Positions 1 to 10,136 of a DNA stretch of 64,000 nt are shown piece after piece. The notes under the pieces were generated by a model. That model ran no database searches, was not told the DNA's origin, and saw only the letters and a list, made by a program, of their open reading frames with translations. The DNA comes from Oceanispirochaeta sp. (GTDB lineage Bacteria; Spirochaetota; Spirochaetia; DSM-2461). Within the stretch, counting starts at the first letter, position 1; the number at the start of each line of letters is the position of its first letter. Both the position numbers and the translations under genes were made by a program. Location of the stretch: the NCBI GenBank assembly GCA_963663385.2, contig CAXXXD010000003.1, positions 800,001 to 864,000 of the forward strand. Reading direction: 5' to 3'.

Positions 1-641
1 GTTCCGTAGAGAAACTGGCCCATTTCAAACAGATTCCCCCCAAAACCCAGCATGATTGCTTTATCCGATGCAGCCCTGGCTTTTGCAGCTTCCGTATTTA
101 AAAAGGAGAGAAAATCCTTCTGTTCCGCATAACGCCAAAGGGGATCGGTAAAGGCAGACCACATGGACCGGCTTATTTCTGCAGGCAGATCTATCGAGGA
201 GTTGTACTCCTTTCCCCTTAGGGGATAGAGGGACTGACTGAAATAGGTGGTTGAGTCAGTCATACGGGCAATTTCCTCATTCTGATCGGAATAGCTCACC
301 CATCCTCCGTCCTGAAACTCCAGGGGGATCCATTTGGGGCGCATGGCGGGAGAGCCGTCCGGCAGTTGCCATGGGATCCAGTCTTCCATATTCTGCGCGA
401 AATGTCTGGCCAGATCCATTGTGTCAATCTGAAATCTCTCATTAAACCACTCTTCGGGAATAGCCAGCTGCTGCGCCATATCGTACATAAGGGTCTGACC
501 GCTCTGGATTCCAAGGTATCTTTTGAGACTATTATATGCTTCGCCCATGATCCCAGTAGAGCGCATTGCTCCGCAGTCGATGGGCAGTTTATCCGGTTCC
601 TTATGATTGATCGCTTTCAATACTCGTTCTCTGCTGTTCAT
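1..641 (-). CDS. Uroporphyrinogen decarboxylase (URO-D)/MtaA-CmuA family protein; 3' end lies outside the window
   Basis: Not in the ORF track; translated manually from ATG at 641: MNSRERVLKAINHKEPDKLPIDCGAMRSTGI...QQLAIPEEW...AIMLGFGGNLFEMGQFLYG, open to the window edge. The N-terminal 'M.SRERV..AI.H.EPD..PID.G' pattern is typical of the family. AAGGA RBS upstream. Confidence 0.75.
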   Translation of the reverse strand, partial: MNSRERVLKAINHKEPDKLPIDCGAMRSTGIMGEAYNSLKRYLGIQSGQTLMYDMAQQLAIPEEWFNERFQIDTMDLARHFAQNMEDWIPWQLPDGSPAMRPKWIPLEFQDGGWVSYSDQNEEIARMTDSTTYFSQSLYPLRGKEYNSSIDLPAEISRSMWSAFTDPLWRYAEQKDFLSFLNTEAAKARAASDKAIMLGFGGNLFEMGQFLYG

Positions 642-657
642 TTCTTTTTTATCCTTA

Positions 658-1494
658 TTATTTGAGTGCTGATGAATTCGATATTCCCGCAATAAAATAT
701 TTCTGAAGAGCTATGAAAATAATTAATGTGGGAATAGAAGTCAGGATCACCCCGGTCATCTGGAGCGTAAGGGGGCTGCCGCCTATGCCTGACATGGTGG
801 CCAGAGCAACCATAATGGGTCTAACATCTTCGGATCGGCTCAGGATCATACCGAAAAGCAGATCATTCCAGATCCAGCTCATCTGAAAAAGGGCGACCAC
901 TGCTGTGGGAGCACCAGCCTGGGGGATGAATATGGCGTAATAGGCTTTAGTCGGCGTACATCCGTCTATGCGGGCTGCATCCTCTATTGCCTTGGGGATC
1001 GTAACAAAAAAACCTTTATAGACAAACAGGGCAAAGGGTATTGTGATAGCCGTATAGATCAGTATCATTCCCGCTCTTGTATTATATAGACCGATAGTAT
1101 TGTACATCTTATAGAGAGGGATCAGATACATCTGAAAGGGGAATACTGTTCCGCTGTAGATAAGGAGAAACAGCCAGAAATTCCCTTTCGGTTTTAAACG
1201 GACAATACTGTAGGCCGCCATAGAAGAGGCGATGATGCAGAACAGACCACCCAGGCTCATATAGCAGAGGGATGAGGCAAAGTGGTGGTTCAGGCGGTAC
1301 TGATCCATTACCACTGTGAGGTTGTCGAAAAAGGCAAAGTGTGTCGGGAGCTGATAAAAATGTTGATTGGCATAATCATTCATGTCCTTGAAGGCTGTCA
1401 GAAAGGTGAAAAACAAGGGGGTAAGCCAAATGAGAGCCAGCGATATCAGGACAAAATAGGTAAATATTTTCAATGATTTGTTTGTTGTTGTCAT
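658..1494 (-). CDS. Carbohydrate ABC transporter permease (MalG-like)
   Basis: Multiple TM segments; EAA loop 'IEDAARIDGC'; 'WNDLL' motif. Confidence 0.92.
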   Translation of the reverse strand: MTTTNKSLKIFTYFVLISLALIWLTPLFFTFLTAFKDMNDYANQHFYQLPTHFAFFDNLTVVMDQYRLNHHFASSLCYMSLGGLFCIIASSMAAYSIVRLKPKGNFWLFLLIYSGTVFPFQMYLIPLYKMYNTIGLYNTRAGMILIYTAITIPFALFVYKGFFVTIPKAIEDAARIDGCTPTKAYYAIFIPQAGAPTAVVALFQMSWIWNDLLFGMILSRSEDVRPIMVALATMSGIGGSPLTLQMTGVILTSIPTLIIFIALQKYFIAGISNSSALK

Positions 1495-1504
1495 CGTTTT
1501 CTCT

Positions 1505-2386
1505 CTAATAATGCAAAGTATCTTTGCCGGTTTGTTTCTTTACATATGAGCCTGAAATCAGGATGATTATAGCGGACAGGATAACCGCAATGGCGGCACC
1601 GTAACCCATTCTGAACATGGTGAAGCTCTCTCTGTACATAGTTACTGCCAGGGTCTCGGAAGATCTGTAGGGGCCGCCGCGGGTAATTACATAGATAATG
1701 TCAAAGGTTTTAAAGGAGTTAACCATCGCCTGTCCGATTACGACTGTCGTGATGGGGCTCAGCATGGGAACGGTTACATAGCGGAAGGTCTGCCAGGGGG
1801 TGGCACCGTCAATAATGGACGCTTCAATGGGGTCGGAGGGAATCGTTGTCAATCCCATGAGGAAAAGGACCATATTGCTCCCGGTCTGCTGCCAGGTCCA
1901 GGCTATAATCATGGATATTGTATTAAGAGGGACTTGAGTCAGCCATTGAATTTTTCCTCTGTCTCCAAACAGGAGTGAACCGAAACCATTAAGAATCCCT
2001 GAATTTGTAGTGAACATATTGATCCAGATGATTCCCGTAGATACAAATGAAATGGCAAGAGGAAAAAATATTATGGATTTGAATATATTTTCACCTTTTA
2101 TCCCCCGGATAAATATGGCGATAATCAATCCACCGAAAACCGGTAAAAAGAGTGTCGACAGAACCCAGATGACTGTGTTTCCGAAAGATCTTAGAAAATT
2201 GGTATCCCTGAAACATCCCAGGTAGTTCTTTACACCTGTAAACTCCGGTTTTCCTATCATGTCCCATTTGAAAAAACTGTAGTAAAGGTTCTGCAGCATG
2301 GGAAGGAGCAGTAGAATGGATACCAACAGCAGGGCAGGTAAAATAAATAAATAGGCGGATAGGGTGTATAGGTTTTTTTCTTTCAT
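1505..2386 (-). CDS. Carbohydrate ABC transporter permease (MalF-like)
   Basis: TM segments; EAA loop 'IEASIIDGA'; 'TRGGP' motif. Confidence 0.92.
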   Translation of the reverse strand: MKEKNLYTLSAYLFILPALLLVSILLLLPMLQNLYYSFFKWDMIGKPEFTGVKNYLGCFRDTNFLRSFGNTVIWVLSTLFLPVFGGLIIAIFIRGIKGENIFKSIIFFPLAISFVSTGIIWINMFTTNSGILNGFGSLLFGDRGKIQWLTQVPLNTISMIIAWTWQQTGSNMVLFLMGLTTIPSDPIEASIIDGATPWQTFRYVTVPMLSPITTVVIGQAMVNSFKTFDIIYVITRGGPYRSSETLAVTMYRESFTMFRMGYGAAIAVILSAIIILISGSYVKKQTGKDTLHY

Positions 2387-2421
2387 TTTTAATCCGTTAT
2401 TTTTGATTCATGAAAAACGAT

Positions 2422-2455
2422 GAGTATGGCCTGAACTGAACTTCCGGCCATACTC
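2422..2455 (-). other. Intercistronic stem-loop after binding-protein gene
   Basis: GAGTATGGCC (2422-2431) is the reverse complement of GGCCATACTC (2446-2455). Confidence 0.6.
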
Positions 2456-2466
2456 TATCTCTTTTG

Positions 2467-3747
2467 TTACTTGGAAGCCCAGTAGGCGTCAGCCACCCTG
2501 TCAAGCTCTTTCAGAACATCATCCAGAAAGTCCGGGTTCAGAACAAACTTGGCAAACTGGTCCACAGCAACTTCGCAGATGGGTGTGGGGGTCGCTTCCC
2601 AGTATCTGTTCAGTACCCTGTACCCTCCATTGTTAATGGTATCGGCAATTTCCACTTTTACCGTTGACAGATGACTGATATCGGATCTGGGGTTGGCCGG
2701 ATAGGTATTCAGAAGTTTGGCGAATGCTCCATTACCCTCGGGAGACATCCAGTAATCTACCGCATCATTGATTGCTTCAGGATTCTGCGCCTTTTTGCTG
2801 GTCAGGATGGGGGTAATCTCCAATATGACATTTTTCCCTGCTGTTCCGTTATGGGAAGGCAGGATAAATGCACCGACATTTTCCTCGGGAACGCCGTTGG
2901 CTGTCAGAGTGGAATTTAGATACCAGGTTCCCATAAGAACCATACCGACTTTCTTCTGATTGAAATCTCTCGCTCCTCCGGCCCATACATCTGTTCCGGG
3001 ATCGGTAAAATAGCCTTTTCCGATCATATCAGCCCATACCTCAAATGCTCCCCGTACTCCGGGATCGGAGTATTTGGCCCGTCCTTCGCAGAGGTCAATA
3101 TAGAGATCAGGATCCTGACCGATAATCATTTCTTCAAACATGATAAATGTGGGCCATCGTCCTTCTACGGTAGACATAAAAGGTGTAATCCCGTTTGCCA
3201 GCATGGTGTCGCAGATAGTGATCAGTTCTTCCCATGTTTCCGGAGGGGTCAGGTTCAATTCGGAAAAAACCTCCTTATTATACCATACAGGCCAGTATTC
3301 AACACTGATCGGGAAACCATGTACTGCGTTGTTGAAAGTAAAGGCTGCTCTCAGATCGGAGGAATACTCGTTTTTATGTTTATCCCAGGTGGATGATAAA
3401 TCGCCCAGAACGCCCTGATTGGCCATCTCTTCCATTCTGTAGGTAGACCACCAGGTAAACATACCCGGGGCATCTTTAGTGATCATGGATGACCTGACCT
3501 GAGCCATATAAACATCCGTTGAGGGATATGAGGTAGGAACCAGTTTGTGACCTGTCGCTTCCCTGATATTCAGGCTCATGTCCTCGAAGAAGGGCTGCCA
3601 GTTGGGAGAGCCTGCTTTATCGTGCATTAGGGTAATTTCCGATTCGGCAGATGCTGCGGTGCCGGTGGACGAATCCTGTTGACCACCGGAAAACAGCAGA
3701 GTTCCAGCTAGTAAAAATAGTACGGTTGATACGATTTTTTTAAACAT
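2467..3747 (-). CDS. Carbohydrate ABC transporter substrate-binding protein
   Basis: Signal peptide MFKKIV...FSGGQQ; 'WYNKEVF..LNLTPPETWEEL' SBP family-1 motif; ATG at 3747 lies 8 nt after AGGAG. Confidence 0.9.
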   Translation of the reverse strand: MFKKIVSTVLFLLAGTLLFSGGQQDSSTGTAASAESEITLMHDKAGSPNWQPFFEDMSLNIREATGHKLVPTSYPSTDVYMAQVRSSMITKDAPGMFTWWSTYRMEEMANQGVLGDLSSTWDKHKNEYSSDLRAAFTFNNAVHGFPISVEYWPVWYNKEVFSELNLTPPETWEELITICDTMLANGITPFMSTVEGRWPTFIMFEEMIIGQDPDLYIDLCEGRAKYSDPGVRGAFEVWADMIGKGYFTDPGTDVWAGGARDFNQKKVGMVLMGTWYLNSTLTANGVPEENVGAFILPSHNGTAGKNVILEITPILTSKKAQNPEAINDAVDYWMSPEGNGAFAKLLNTYPANPRSDISHLSTVKVEIADTINNGGYRVLNRYWEATPTPICEVAVDQFAKFVLNPDFLDDVLKELDRVADAYWASK

Positions 3748-4009
3748 ATACAACACTCCTTTTTGTAAAAAACTATGTATTTTGTTTTAATATTATCATA
3801 TTAAATTTAATGGTCAATAGTTAAGTTAAGTTAATAAAGGATAAGAAATGTAAGATAATTAACTAATAATCTTAATGTGTATTTTTTTAATTTGTTTTAT
3901 ATAAAGTAAATGATGTAATTATCTGAAGACGGGTAAAAAAGGTTGACTTAATGAATTGAAGGATGTAAGAATAGTTGATAGTTAATATGAGGTTAATAAG
4001 GAGGTTCTG

Positions 4010-5035
4010 TTGGCCCGTGTACGACTGAGAGATATTGCCGAAAGAGTGGGTGTTTCAGAAGCGACTGTTTCCATGGCATTATCGGGAAAAGGGAATATTT
4101 CGGATGCATTGAGAGACCAGATACTCAGAATTGCCGGGGATATGGGATACACCAGACGGGTTTCATCCGGCAGGGGATACTCCAAATCAAAGTGCCTGGC
4201 AATTCTTTCCTATGTGAATCCCTCCTGGGCGTATCTCGGGAAATTTGTGGCTCCCATTTATGCTCAGATTGAGTCTGCCGCCCTTAAAAACGGCTTCTAT
4301 CCCATCATATTGCCTATAACAGATTTCACTACCGAAAAGGATTTGAAAGAGACCATTGTTCAGTCACAGGCCATGGGAATAATCTCAATTCACGCCAGTT
4401 ATGAGAATTTTTTTCAGCAGATGTGTCAGATGGGACTGCCTGTTATCGTGGTGAATAACAGTTCCTGCCAGAATAAATTTCACAGCATATGTGTGGATGA
4501 TTATCAGGGGGCCAGCGATGCGACTCAGTATCTGGTTTCTCTGGGGCACAAAAATATCCTGTATATGGACTACTGGCGGCAGGACCAGCCCGCTGTCGTC
4601 ATGGATCGTTTCTTCGGGTTCAAGCGTTCTCTGGACGAATATGGTGTTTCCTTTCCGGACAGTAAGCGTATCACTACGGATATAGACGAAACTGCGGAAC
4701 TGAGATCCAGTATTAAAAGCGCTCTTAAACAATTTCCGGGTACAACGGCTATTTTTGCGCATGATGACCGCCTTGCCATAAGGATCTACTCTATCCTTGA
4801 GAAGGAAGGGCTCTCTGTACCAAAGGATATTTCCCTGATAGCTCCGGGAGATACTCTGGATTACAGTCTGCCCTATATCCCTCCTCTTACAACTATGCGA
4901 ATCGATACAAATCTGCTGGGAGCTCTTGCTGCCGACCAGATCTTCAAGCATATTCAGAATCCTCCGGATGAACTGGTGTCTCTGAAAGTCGCTCAGCAGC
5001 TTGTTGACAGGGGGTCCTGCCGGGCGCTGCGCTAG
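4010..5035 (+). CDS. LacI family transcriptional regulator
   Basis: N-terminal HTH 'LRDIAERVGVSEATVSMAL'; C-terminal 'PPLTT' sugar-binding domain; divergent from the ABC operon. Confidence 0.93.
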   Translation: MARVRLRDIAERVGVSEATVSMALSGKGNISDALRDQILRIAGDMGYTRRVSSGRGYSKSKCLAILSYVNPSWAYLGKFVAPIYAQIESAALKNGFYPIILPITDFTTEKDLKETIVQSQAMGIISIHASYENFFQQMCQMGLPVIVVNNSSCQNKFHSICVDDYQGASDATQYLVSLGHKNILYMDYWRQDQPAVVMDRFFGFKRSLDEYGVSFPDSKRITTDIDETAELRSSIKSALKQFPGTTAIFAHDDRLAIRIYSILEKEGLSVPKDISLIAPGDTLDYSLPYIPPLTTMRIDTNLLGALAADQIFKHIQNPPDELVSLKVAQQLVDRGSCRALR

Positions 5036-6231
5036 GGGGTATCGGTTGGAAAAATACCATCCAGCAGAGATATCAGTTCCGTTTCCTCTTCAAGAGACCG
5101 GATCATCCTGCGCCAGGTCTGTACATATTCGTAGTATTTTTCCGGCCTTTCCGCCCTCTCTTTTCCAAGGCTTATAACATCCTCGGGAGAAAGGTAATAC
5201 TCTTCGTTTCCGGTAAGTTCTCTTTCATTCAGAGAGATCAGGGCCTCTTCTTCCAGGTTGTCCTTCAGAAAGTTCCCGGGATAGGCGCCCAGATCTTCCG
5301 CCGCTACCGGTGAGACAGCATCAGACCTCCGGGACCAGCGGATTTTTTCTCTTTCGTAGATGAAGCGGATAACATCTTCCTGAAGTTTTGCATTGTTGCG
5401 GCAGGGAGGTGGAAAGTGATCAATTCTAAGCTCCTTATCCATCATCCAGGTGTATCCCAGCATCATGGAATTGATCATATAGTCTATATCTTCCCCTCTT
5501 GTCACAGCCGGATCAAAGGGAACGTTCCGGAAGAGCTCGGGAGTAAAAACCATATTTCCCCCCAGGGTAATGGTCGTAGGTACAAGGCGTCCGGGGGTTA
5601 AATCGAAAAGTTTGTAGGAATCATTCTGAAAAACCTGTTTCCGGGGGAACAGCCTGTCCGATTCTCTGTCTTTTTCATTTTCACGGACATAAAAACTGCC
5701 CCATTCATAGAAATACCTTCCCGCTACACCGTCAACACGGACTCCCCCGTATCGGGTTCCGGCAAAATCACCCGTTTTATCGGCAAAATCCGGATAGACC
5801 AACTCGTCATCGTCTATGGCGGCAATCCGTGAAGCCCCGAGCAGGGCCGGTATCAGAAGCTGGCAGTTCCGGATGGCCGAATAACCTTTCAGACTTATAC
5901 TCTCTTCCTCAATACCTTTTTCTTTCAGAATCCGCCGGATGTGTTTCAGATTACTATAGGAAAACTGTCCTATATCCAATCTGTTTCTGAAGGGCATAAG
6001 AAGTTCTTCAACTTTTTTTTCAGCTTTTTCCTGCAGTTCGGGATGAACCGCAGCGGTAATGACCAGTACACGAAAGGGAGAAGCCGAGGATATACGGCAC
6101 AGGCTGTCCAGTGTGTTAGTCAAAGTATCCTTTCCATCCAGAGGGGTGGGATGATCAAAAATCAAATCATCCTTGCGAGGCTTTCTGCCTGATGAACCGG
6201 TCCAGTAGGTTGGTATTACGATGTACAGCAT
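5032..6231 (-). CDS. Putative GT-A fold (glycosyltransferase family 2-like) protein
   Basis: N-terminal 'IVIPTY', 'IRN', DxD-type 'IDDDE', 'GGNM' and 'RGEDIDY' motifs typical of GT-A enzymes. Confidence 0.6.
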   Translation of the reverse strand: MLYIVIPTYWTGSSGRKPRKDDLIFDHPTPLDGKDTLTNTLDSLCRISSASPFRVLVITAAVHPELQEKAEKKVEELLMPFRNRLDIGQFSYSNLKHIRRILKEKGIEEESISLKGYSAIRNCQLLIPALLGASRIAAIDDDELVYPDFADKTGDFAGTRYGGVRVDGVAGRYFYEWGSFYVRENEKDRESDRLFPRKQVFQNDSYKLFDLTPGRLVPTTITLGGNMVFTPELFRNVPFDPAVTRGEDIDYMINSMMLGYTWMMDKELRIDHFPPPCRNNAKLQEDVIRFIYEREKIRWSRRSDAVSPVAAEDLGAYPGNFLKDNLEEEALISLNERELTGNEEYYLSPEDVISLGKERAERPEKYYEYVQTWRRMIRSLEEETELISLLDGIFPTDTP

Positions 6232-6235
6232 TATT

Positions 6236-8347
6236 TTATTCCTTATATTTTCGTTTTTTTATGGTAAGCATAGCCGGAACCATACGGGGAATTCCCGGTG
6301 GATTCGAATCGGATGGAGCCGGGTAGGAGAGTATCTGCTTCTCCTTTCCGAGAATAGCCGTAAGTGAAGCGGACGCTCCGCCGTCCAGATTCAGCAGAAA
6401 CTCAAGCGGATCATCCCGGTTGTACTCCATTGCAAGAGAGGCGCACTCTTCAAAGCTTGCTCCCCGGGAGAGCCGGCTCCTTCCGGAGAAAACCGCCAGA
6501 AAAATATTTCCCGATTCTGTTCTGCCGATGACAGCCCGCGGCTGCCTTACCCCGGCTGTCAGATCTGTTTCCTGGGTTTCTCTGGAGGAAGGTAATGACC
6601 AACCCTCTTTGTCCAATGCCGAGGTGGCGGAGGCGGGTGTGGCGTAGAGGTTTTTTCCCTTTTCAATCAGCAGATTGAAACCTCCGTAGAGCCAGGCCCA
6701 GTTCTCCTGGGGAACCGGCGGGTTTTCCCATTCCATATGCCAGTTCACGGGGTATCCTCTTTCCGGAAGATTTTCCGATACTATGACAAGCCCGAACGGG
6801 GGGATCCCTACCGGACCTTTCTGAACAGAAATTACCGTATCCTGTATAACAAGAGCGCAGTCCCTGTTCTCTCCTGCTGCTTCAAAGGAGGAGGAGGGTA
6901 GATACACCGCTTCCGAAGGGTTTCCTTCCGGATTAATCTGCGGTCTTCGCCGGGATGTGTCCCGCTCTTCCTGATTCCATGACAGGGCGCGGATAGTATC
7001 ATGAAATCCATAAAGCCGTCCTTCTTTTGTCAGTCCCAGGAAGGCTTTATTATAGAGAGGGGGAGACTGGATGAATCTCCTATGCCTTTTTGAATAAAAC
7101 CCGAGAGAATCAATTAGAAAATTTTCCCAGTTTTCCAGTTTATTTCCTGTCTGTCTGTAACGGGCTTTCAGATTATTGGTAAAATAGTAGTTGAAGCTGC
7201 TTATAAAAAGCGGATCCTCCGATTCCAGTTCAAGGGGCGATGTCATCCTGTCCGGAATGTATGGAGCTATTTCCACCTGCTTTTCCGAAACGGACAGCAG
7301 GGAAGCATGTACGGCACCGGTTTCAGGGGAAGATGAGTGCTTCCATAACCCCTTGTACTTCCAGAATCCTTCAGAAAAAGTGACACCATTCTGTTTACCG
7401 GGATTTTTTATCCATACAGGACGTTCTGTCGGAGGTATGAATTCGGGTTCCACATGCCCCGAATCCCCGACTTCCGGGAAGTCGGATGCCGTGAAAAAAT
7501 AGAGACCGTAATCGGGCCTTTCAGGCCTAAGATTCAGCATTTCACCGTACTGAGAGACCTCCGGGTAACAAATTTCTCCCGATTTGTTGGAAGAACATTT
7601 CAGAAATGCTTTTATATACCACTCCCTGTTATCCGTAATCAGACAGAATTCCCTATCTGTTTCCAGGAGAGGGTATAAGAGCCAGGGATGGCAGCAGAGA
7701 ATGACCGCCCGGGAATCAAAAAGGTCCGGGATTTTCTCTATCCCCGAAAGATTTACCGGTTTTAAATCAAAAGGAGCCGTGGAGAGATCTGACGGCGCAG
7801 GCAGGTCAAGATCGGGGTTGTCGGAAACAAGGACTTCCCATTTCTTCCCCCGCCAGGGATACAGGTACCTATCCATATCCAGATTGACTTTTTTACTGCC
7901 TGAAGGGATAAATACAATTTTTTCCGCTTTCTCCATAAGATTCCTGAACCCTTCATCAGGAGCTTTCGAGATAATACTGTCCGATTTTAAAGCATTGGAT
8001 ACAAAAGAGGACCAGCCATGGTTCGGATACCCCGTACAGGATTGAGAATCCTGCAGTAATGGTTCCTCCCTGGGAATTTCCGGAAATATCCTCCGCCGGG
8101 CTTTTCGGAACAGCAGGAGGAAATCGAGAGGGGTCATGTTCTCCTTATCCGGATGAGACAGAAGGGTCAGAAGCACCTTCCTGTACTCATTCCATCGCCT
8201 GCCGGTCCTTAACTCGAGGGGACAGCGGGAATCCAGAAGGGTTTCTCTTTCGGGGTAATGATCAAGACGGATATCGTATTCGGCCGCGATCAGCCTGTTG
8301 TACCAGGATGTTCCAGCCAGATCTCCGTATACACAGGGGAGTCTCAC
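6236..8347 (-). CDS. Phosphodiester glycosidase (NAGPA-like) domain protein with unknown N-terminal region
   Basis: C-terminal 'QPRAVIG...SGR...GAS..E...LNLDGGAS' resembles the NAGPA PRT/DGR/NLDGGGS motifs; GTG start overlaps the upstream permease stop. Confidence 0.72.
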   Translation of the reverse strand: MRLPCVYGDLAGTSWYNRLIAAEYDIRLDHYPERETLLDSRCPLELRTGRRWNEYRKVLLTLLSHPDKENMTPLDFLLLFRKARRRIFPEIPREEPLLQDSQSCTGYPNHGWSSFVSNALKSDSIISKAPDEGFRNLMEKAEKIVFIPSGSKKVNLDMDRYLYPWRGKKWEVLVSDNPDLDLPAPSDLSTAPFDLKPVNLSGIEKIPDLFDSRAVILCCHPWLLYPLLETDREFCLITDNREWYIKAFLKCSSNKSGEICYPEVSQYGEMLNLRPERPDYGLYFFTASDFPEVGDSGHVEPEFIPPTERPVWIKNPGKQNGVTFSEGFWKYKGLWKHSSSPETGAVHASLLSVSEKQVEIAPYIPDRMTSPLELESEDPLFISSFNYYFTNNLKARYRQTGNKLENWENFLIDSLGFYSKRHRRFIQSPPLYNKAFLGLTKEGRLYGFHDTIRALSWNQEERDTSRRRPQINPEGNPSEAVYLPSSSFEAAGENRDCALVIQDTVISVQKGPVGIPPFGLVIVSENLPERGYPVNWHMEWENPPVPQENWAWLYGGFNLLIEKGKNLYATPASATSALDKEGWSLPSSRETQETDLTAGVRQPRAVIGRTESGNIFLAVFSGRSRLSRGASFEECASLAMEYNRDDPLEFLLNLDGGASASLTAILGKEKQILSYPAPSDSNPPGIPRMVPAMLTIKKRKYKE

Positions 8348-9168
8348 TCCTTCAATCCTCCGTCCATCAACCCGCTGATGATTTTCTTCTGAAGGATCAG
8401 CACAATGGATATAAGGGGCACAACGATAACAACCGATGCTGCCATTATGGTTCCCCAGGGGATGTAATTTTCCGATTCATAGAGTTTCAGCCCCACGGTT
8501 ACCGTTTTGACACGTACCGGATTCAGGACAAGGGCAAAAAGGTATTCGTTCCATACCTGTATAAAAACCAGGATCCCTACGGTGAAAACTCCCGGACCCA
8601 GGAGGGGCAGTATGATTTTTGTAAAGCTGACGAAGGGAGAAGCCCCGTCAATTTCCGCGGCATCTTCCAGATCTGAGGGAATCGACCGCAAATAGGGGGT
8701 CAGAAACCAGATGGATGTTGTAAGGCTGAATAGGGTATTGGTTATGATGAGCCCCGCATGAGAGTTCAGAAGACCGGCTGTCTGTATGATTTTATAGATT
8801 GGCCTGACTATTACAATGGGCGGAAGAAGGGATATAGACAGGACCAGAAGCAACATCATGGTTTTTCCCTTTATGGGTGTACGGGCCAATGCATAGGCTG
8901 CCATGCTTCCAAGAGCCAGGGAAATAAGAGTGGCTGCGATGGCAATAACAACACTGTTATAGAGGAATCCGGCCAGGGGTTGCGACTGGAAGGCTCTCTC
9001 AAAATTCAATAAAGTGGGTGGAGCGGGCAGCCATTTCAGAGAAAAAATATCCCGTTCCAGTTTGAATGCGTTCAATACCTGCCAAAAAAAAGGGAAACCA
9101 ATCACCAGTATAAATAACAGTGAAAATAAATAAAAGATGGATCTGTCGCGCAGTTCGCCTCGGATCAT
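8344..9168 (-). CDS. Carbohydrate ABC transporter permease (MalG-like)
   Basis: 'LEDAAEIDGA', 'WNEYLFA', 'PWG.IMAA' motifs. Confidence 0.92.
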   Translation of the reverse strand: MIRGELRDRSIFYLFSLLFILVIGFPFFWQVLNAFKLERDIFSLKWLPAPPTLLNFERAFQSQPLAGFLYNSVVIAIAATLISLALGSMAAYALARTPIKGKTMMLLLVLSISLLPPIVIVRPIYKIIQTAGLLNSHAGLIITNTLFSLTTSIWFLTPYLRSIPSDLEDAAEIDGASPFVSFTKIILPLLGPGVFTVGILVFIQVWNEYLFALVLNPVRVKTVTVGLKLYESENYIPWGTIMAASVVIVVPLISIVLILQKKIISGLMDGGLKE

Positions 9169-10055
9169 CGCACTCTCCTTTTTTCAAGGGAAATCTTTTC
9201 CTGAATAACCTGCAGAAAGAGCAGGGCGATAATAACCGTCAGGATAAAAGTTACTGTTGCCAGGGCGGAACCGTATCCATAATTCCCCGCATCAAAATAG
9301 GTTCTCAGAGTATAGAGGGTAAGAGATTCGGTCGTATTGGCGGGACCGCCGTTTGTAAGGGCTACAATAATTGTATACACCTTAAAAGACTGAATCATTC
9401 TGAACAGCAAGGCTGTAAAGAGTATCGGCTTTAAAAGGGGCAGTGTAATCCTGAAGTAGCGGGATATTCCTCCCGCCCCGTCGATAGCCGCAGCTTCCAT
9501 CAGGGCTTTGGGAATATTCTGAAGACCTGCCAGAACCAGCAGGGATACATAGGGTGCTGTTTTCCATATATCGGCAACAATTAGAATAAACCGTGCTGTT
9601 TCGGTCTGACTGAGCCATGGAATAAAATCGGGGATTATCCGGGCGTATGTCAGAATCTGGTTCATAACGCCGTACTGATCATTAACCATGAAATTCCACA
9701 TAAAACCGCTGACAATGGTTGGAATGGCCCATGGGATCAGAACCACGACACGCAGCAGGGCTTTCCCCCTGTAGTCCCTGTTCATAAACTGGGCGAATAA
9801 CAGCCCAAGCACCACCTCGAACAGAACTGTCAGCAGTGTAAAAATCAGAGTGAAGCTCAGGGCCGAATAGAAACGTTCGGTTGTAAACATCCGGATATAG
9901 TGCTTCATTCCGACAAACTGTTTCATCTCTCCGAACTGAAGCCTGTATTCAAAAAAACCGAGCATCAGGGTTCTGAATACGGGATAAACGGCAAAAATGA
10001 GAAAGATTAAAAGTGTAGGTGATATCATAACGTAACCAAGTTGTTTTCTGGTCAT
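9165..10055 (-). CDS. Carbohydrate ABC transporter permease (MalF-like)
   Basis: 'IPWAIP', 'WKTAP', 'EAAAIDGA', 'TNGGP' motifs. Confidence 0.92.
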   Translation of the reverse strand: MTRKQLGYVMISPTLLIFLIFAVYPVFRTLMLGFFEYRLQFGEMKQFVGMKHYIRMFTTERFYSALSFTLIFTLLTVLFEVVLGLLFAQFMNRDYRGKALLRVVVLIPWAIPTIVSGFMWNFMVNDQYGVMNQILTYARIIPDFIPWLSQTETARFILIVADIWKTAPYVSLLVLAGLQNIPKALMEAAAIDGAGGISRYFRITLPLLKPILFTALLFRMIQSFKVYTIIVALTNGGPANTTESLTLYTLRTYFDAGNYGYGSALATVTFILTVIIALLFLQVIQEKISLEKRRVR

Positions 10056-10071
10056 TATTAACTCCGGGTAA

Positions 10072-10113
10072 ACAGGGGCTGCCGTAGAAGTACAGTACTG
10101 CGGCAGCCCCTGT
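10072..10113 (-). other. Strong intercistronic stem-loop after binding-protein gene
   Basis: ACAGGGGCTGCCGTAG ... CTGCGGCAGCCCCTGT inverted repeat. Confidence 0.7.
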
Positions 10114-10136
10114 GGTTTCGTTAGGGAAAGTAATAC

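Noticed and set aside
3760..4005. GTTAA repeats in the AT-rich LacI divergent region
   Set aside because: Low complexity; no clear LacI-type palindrome could be fixed.
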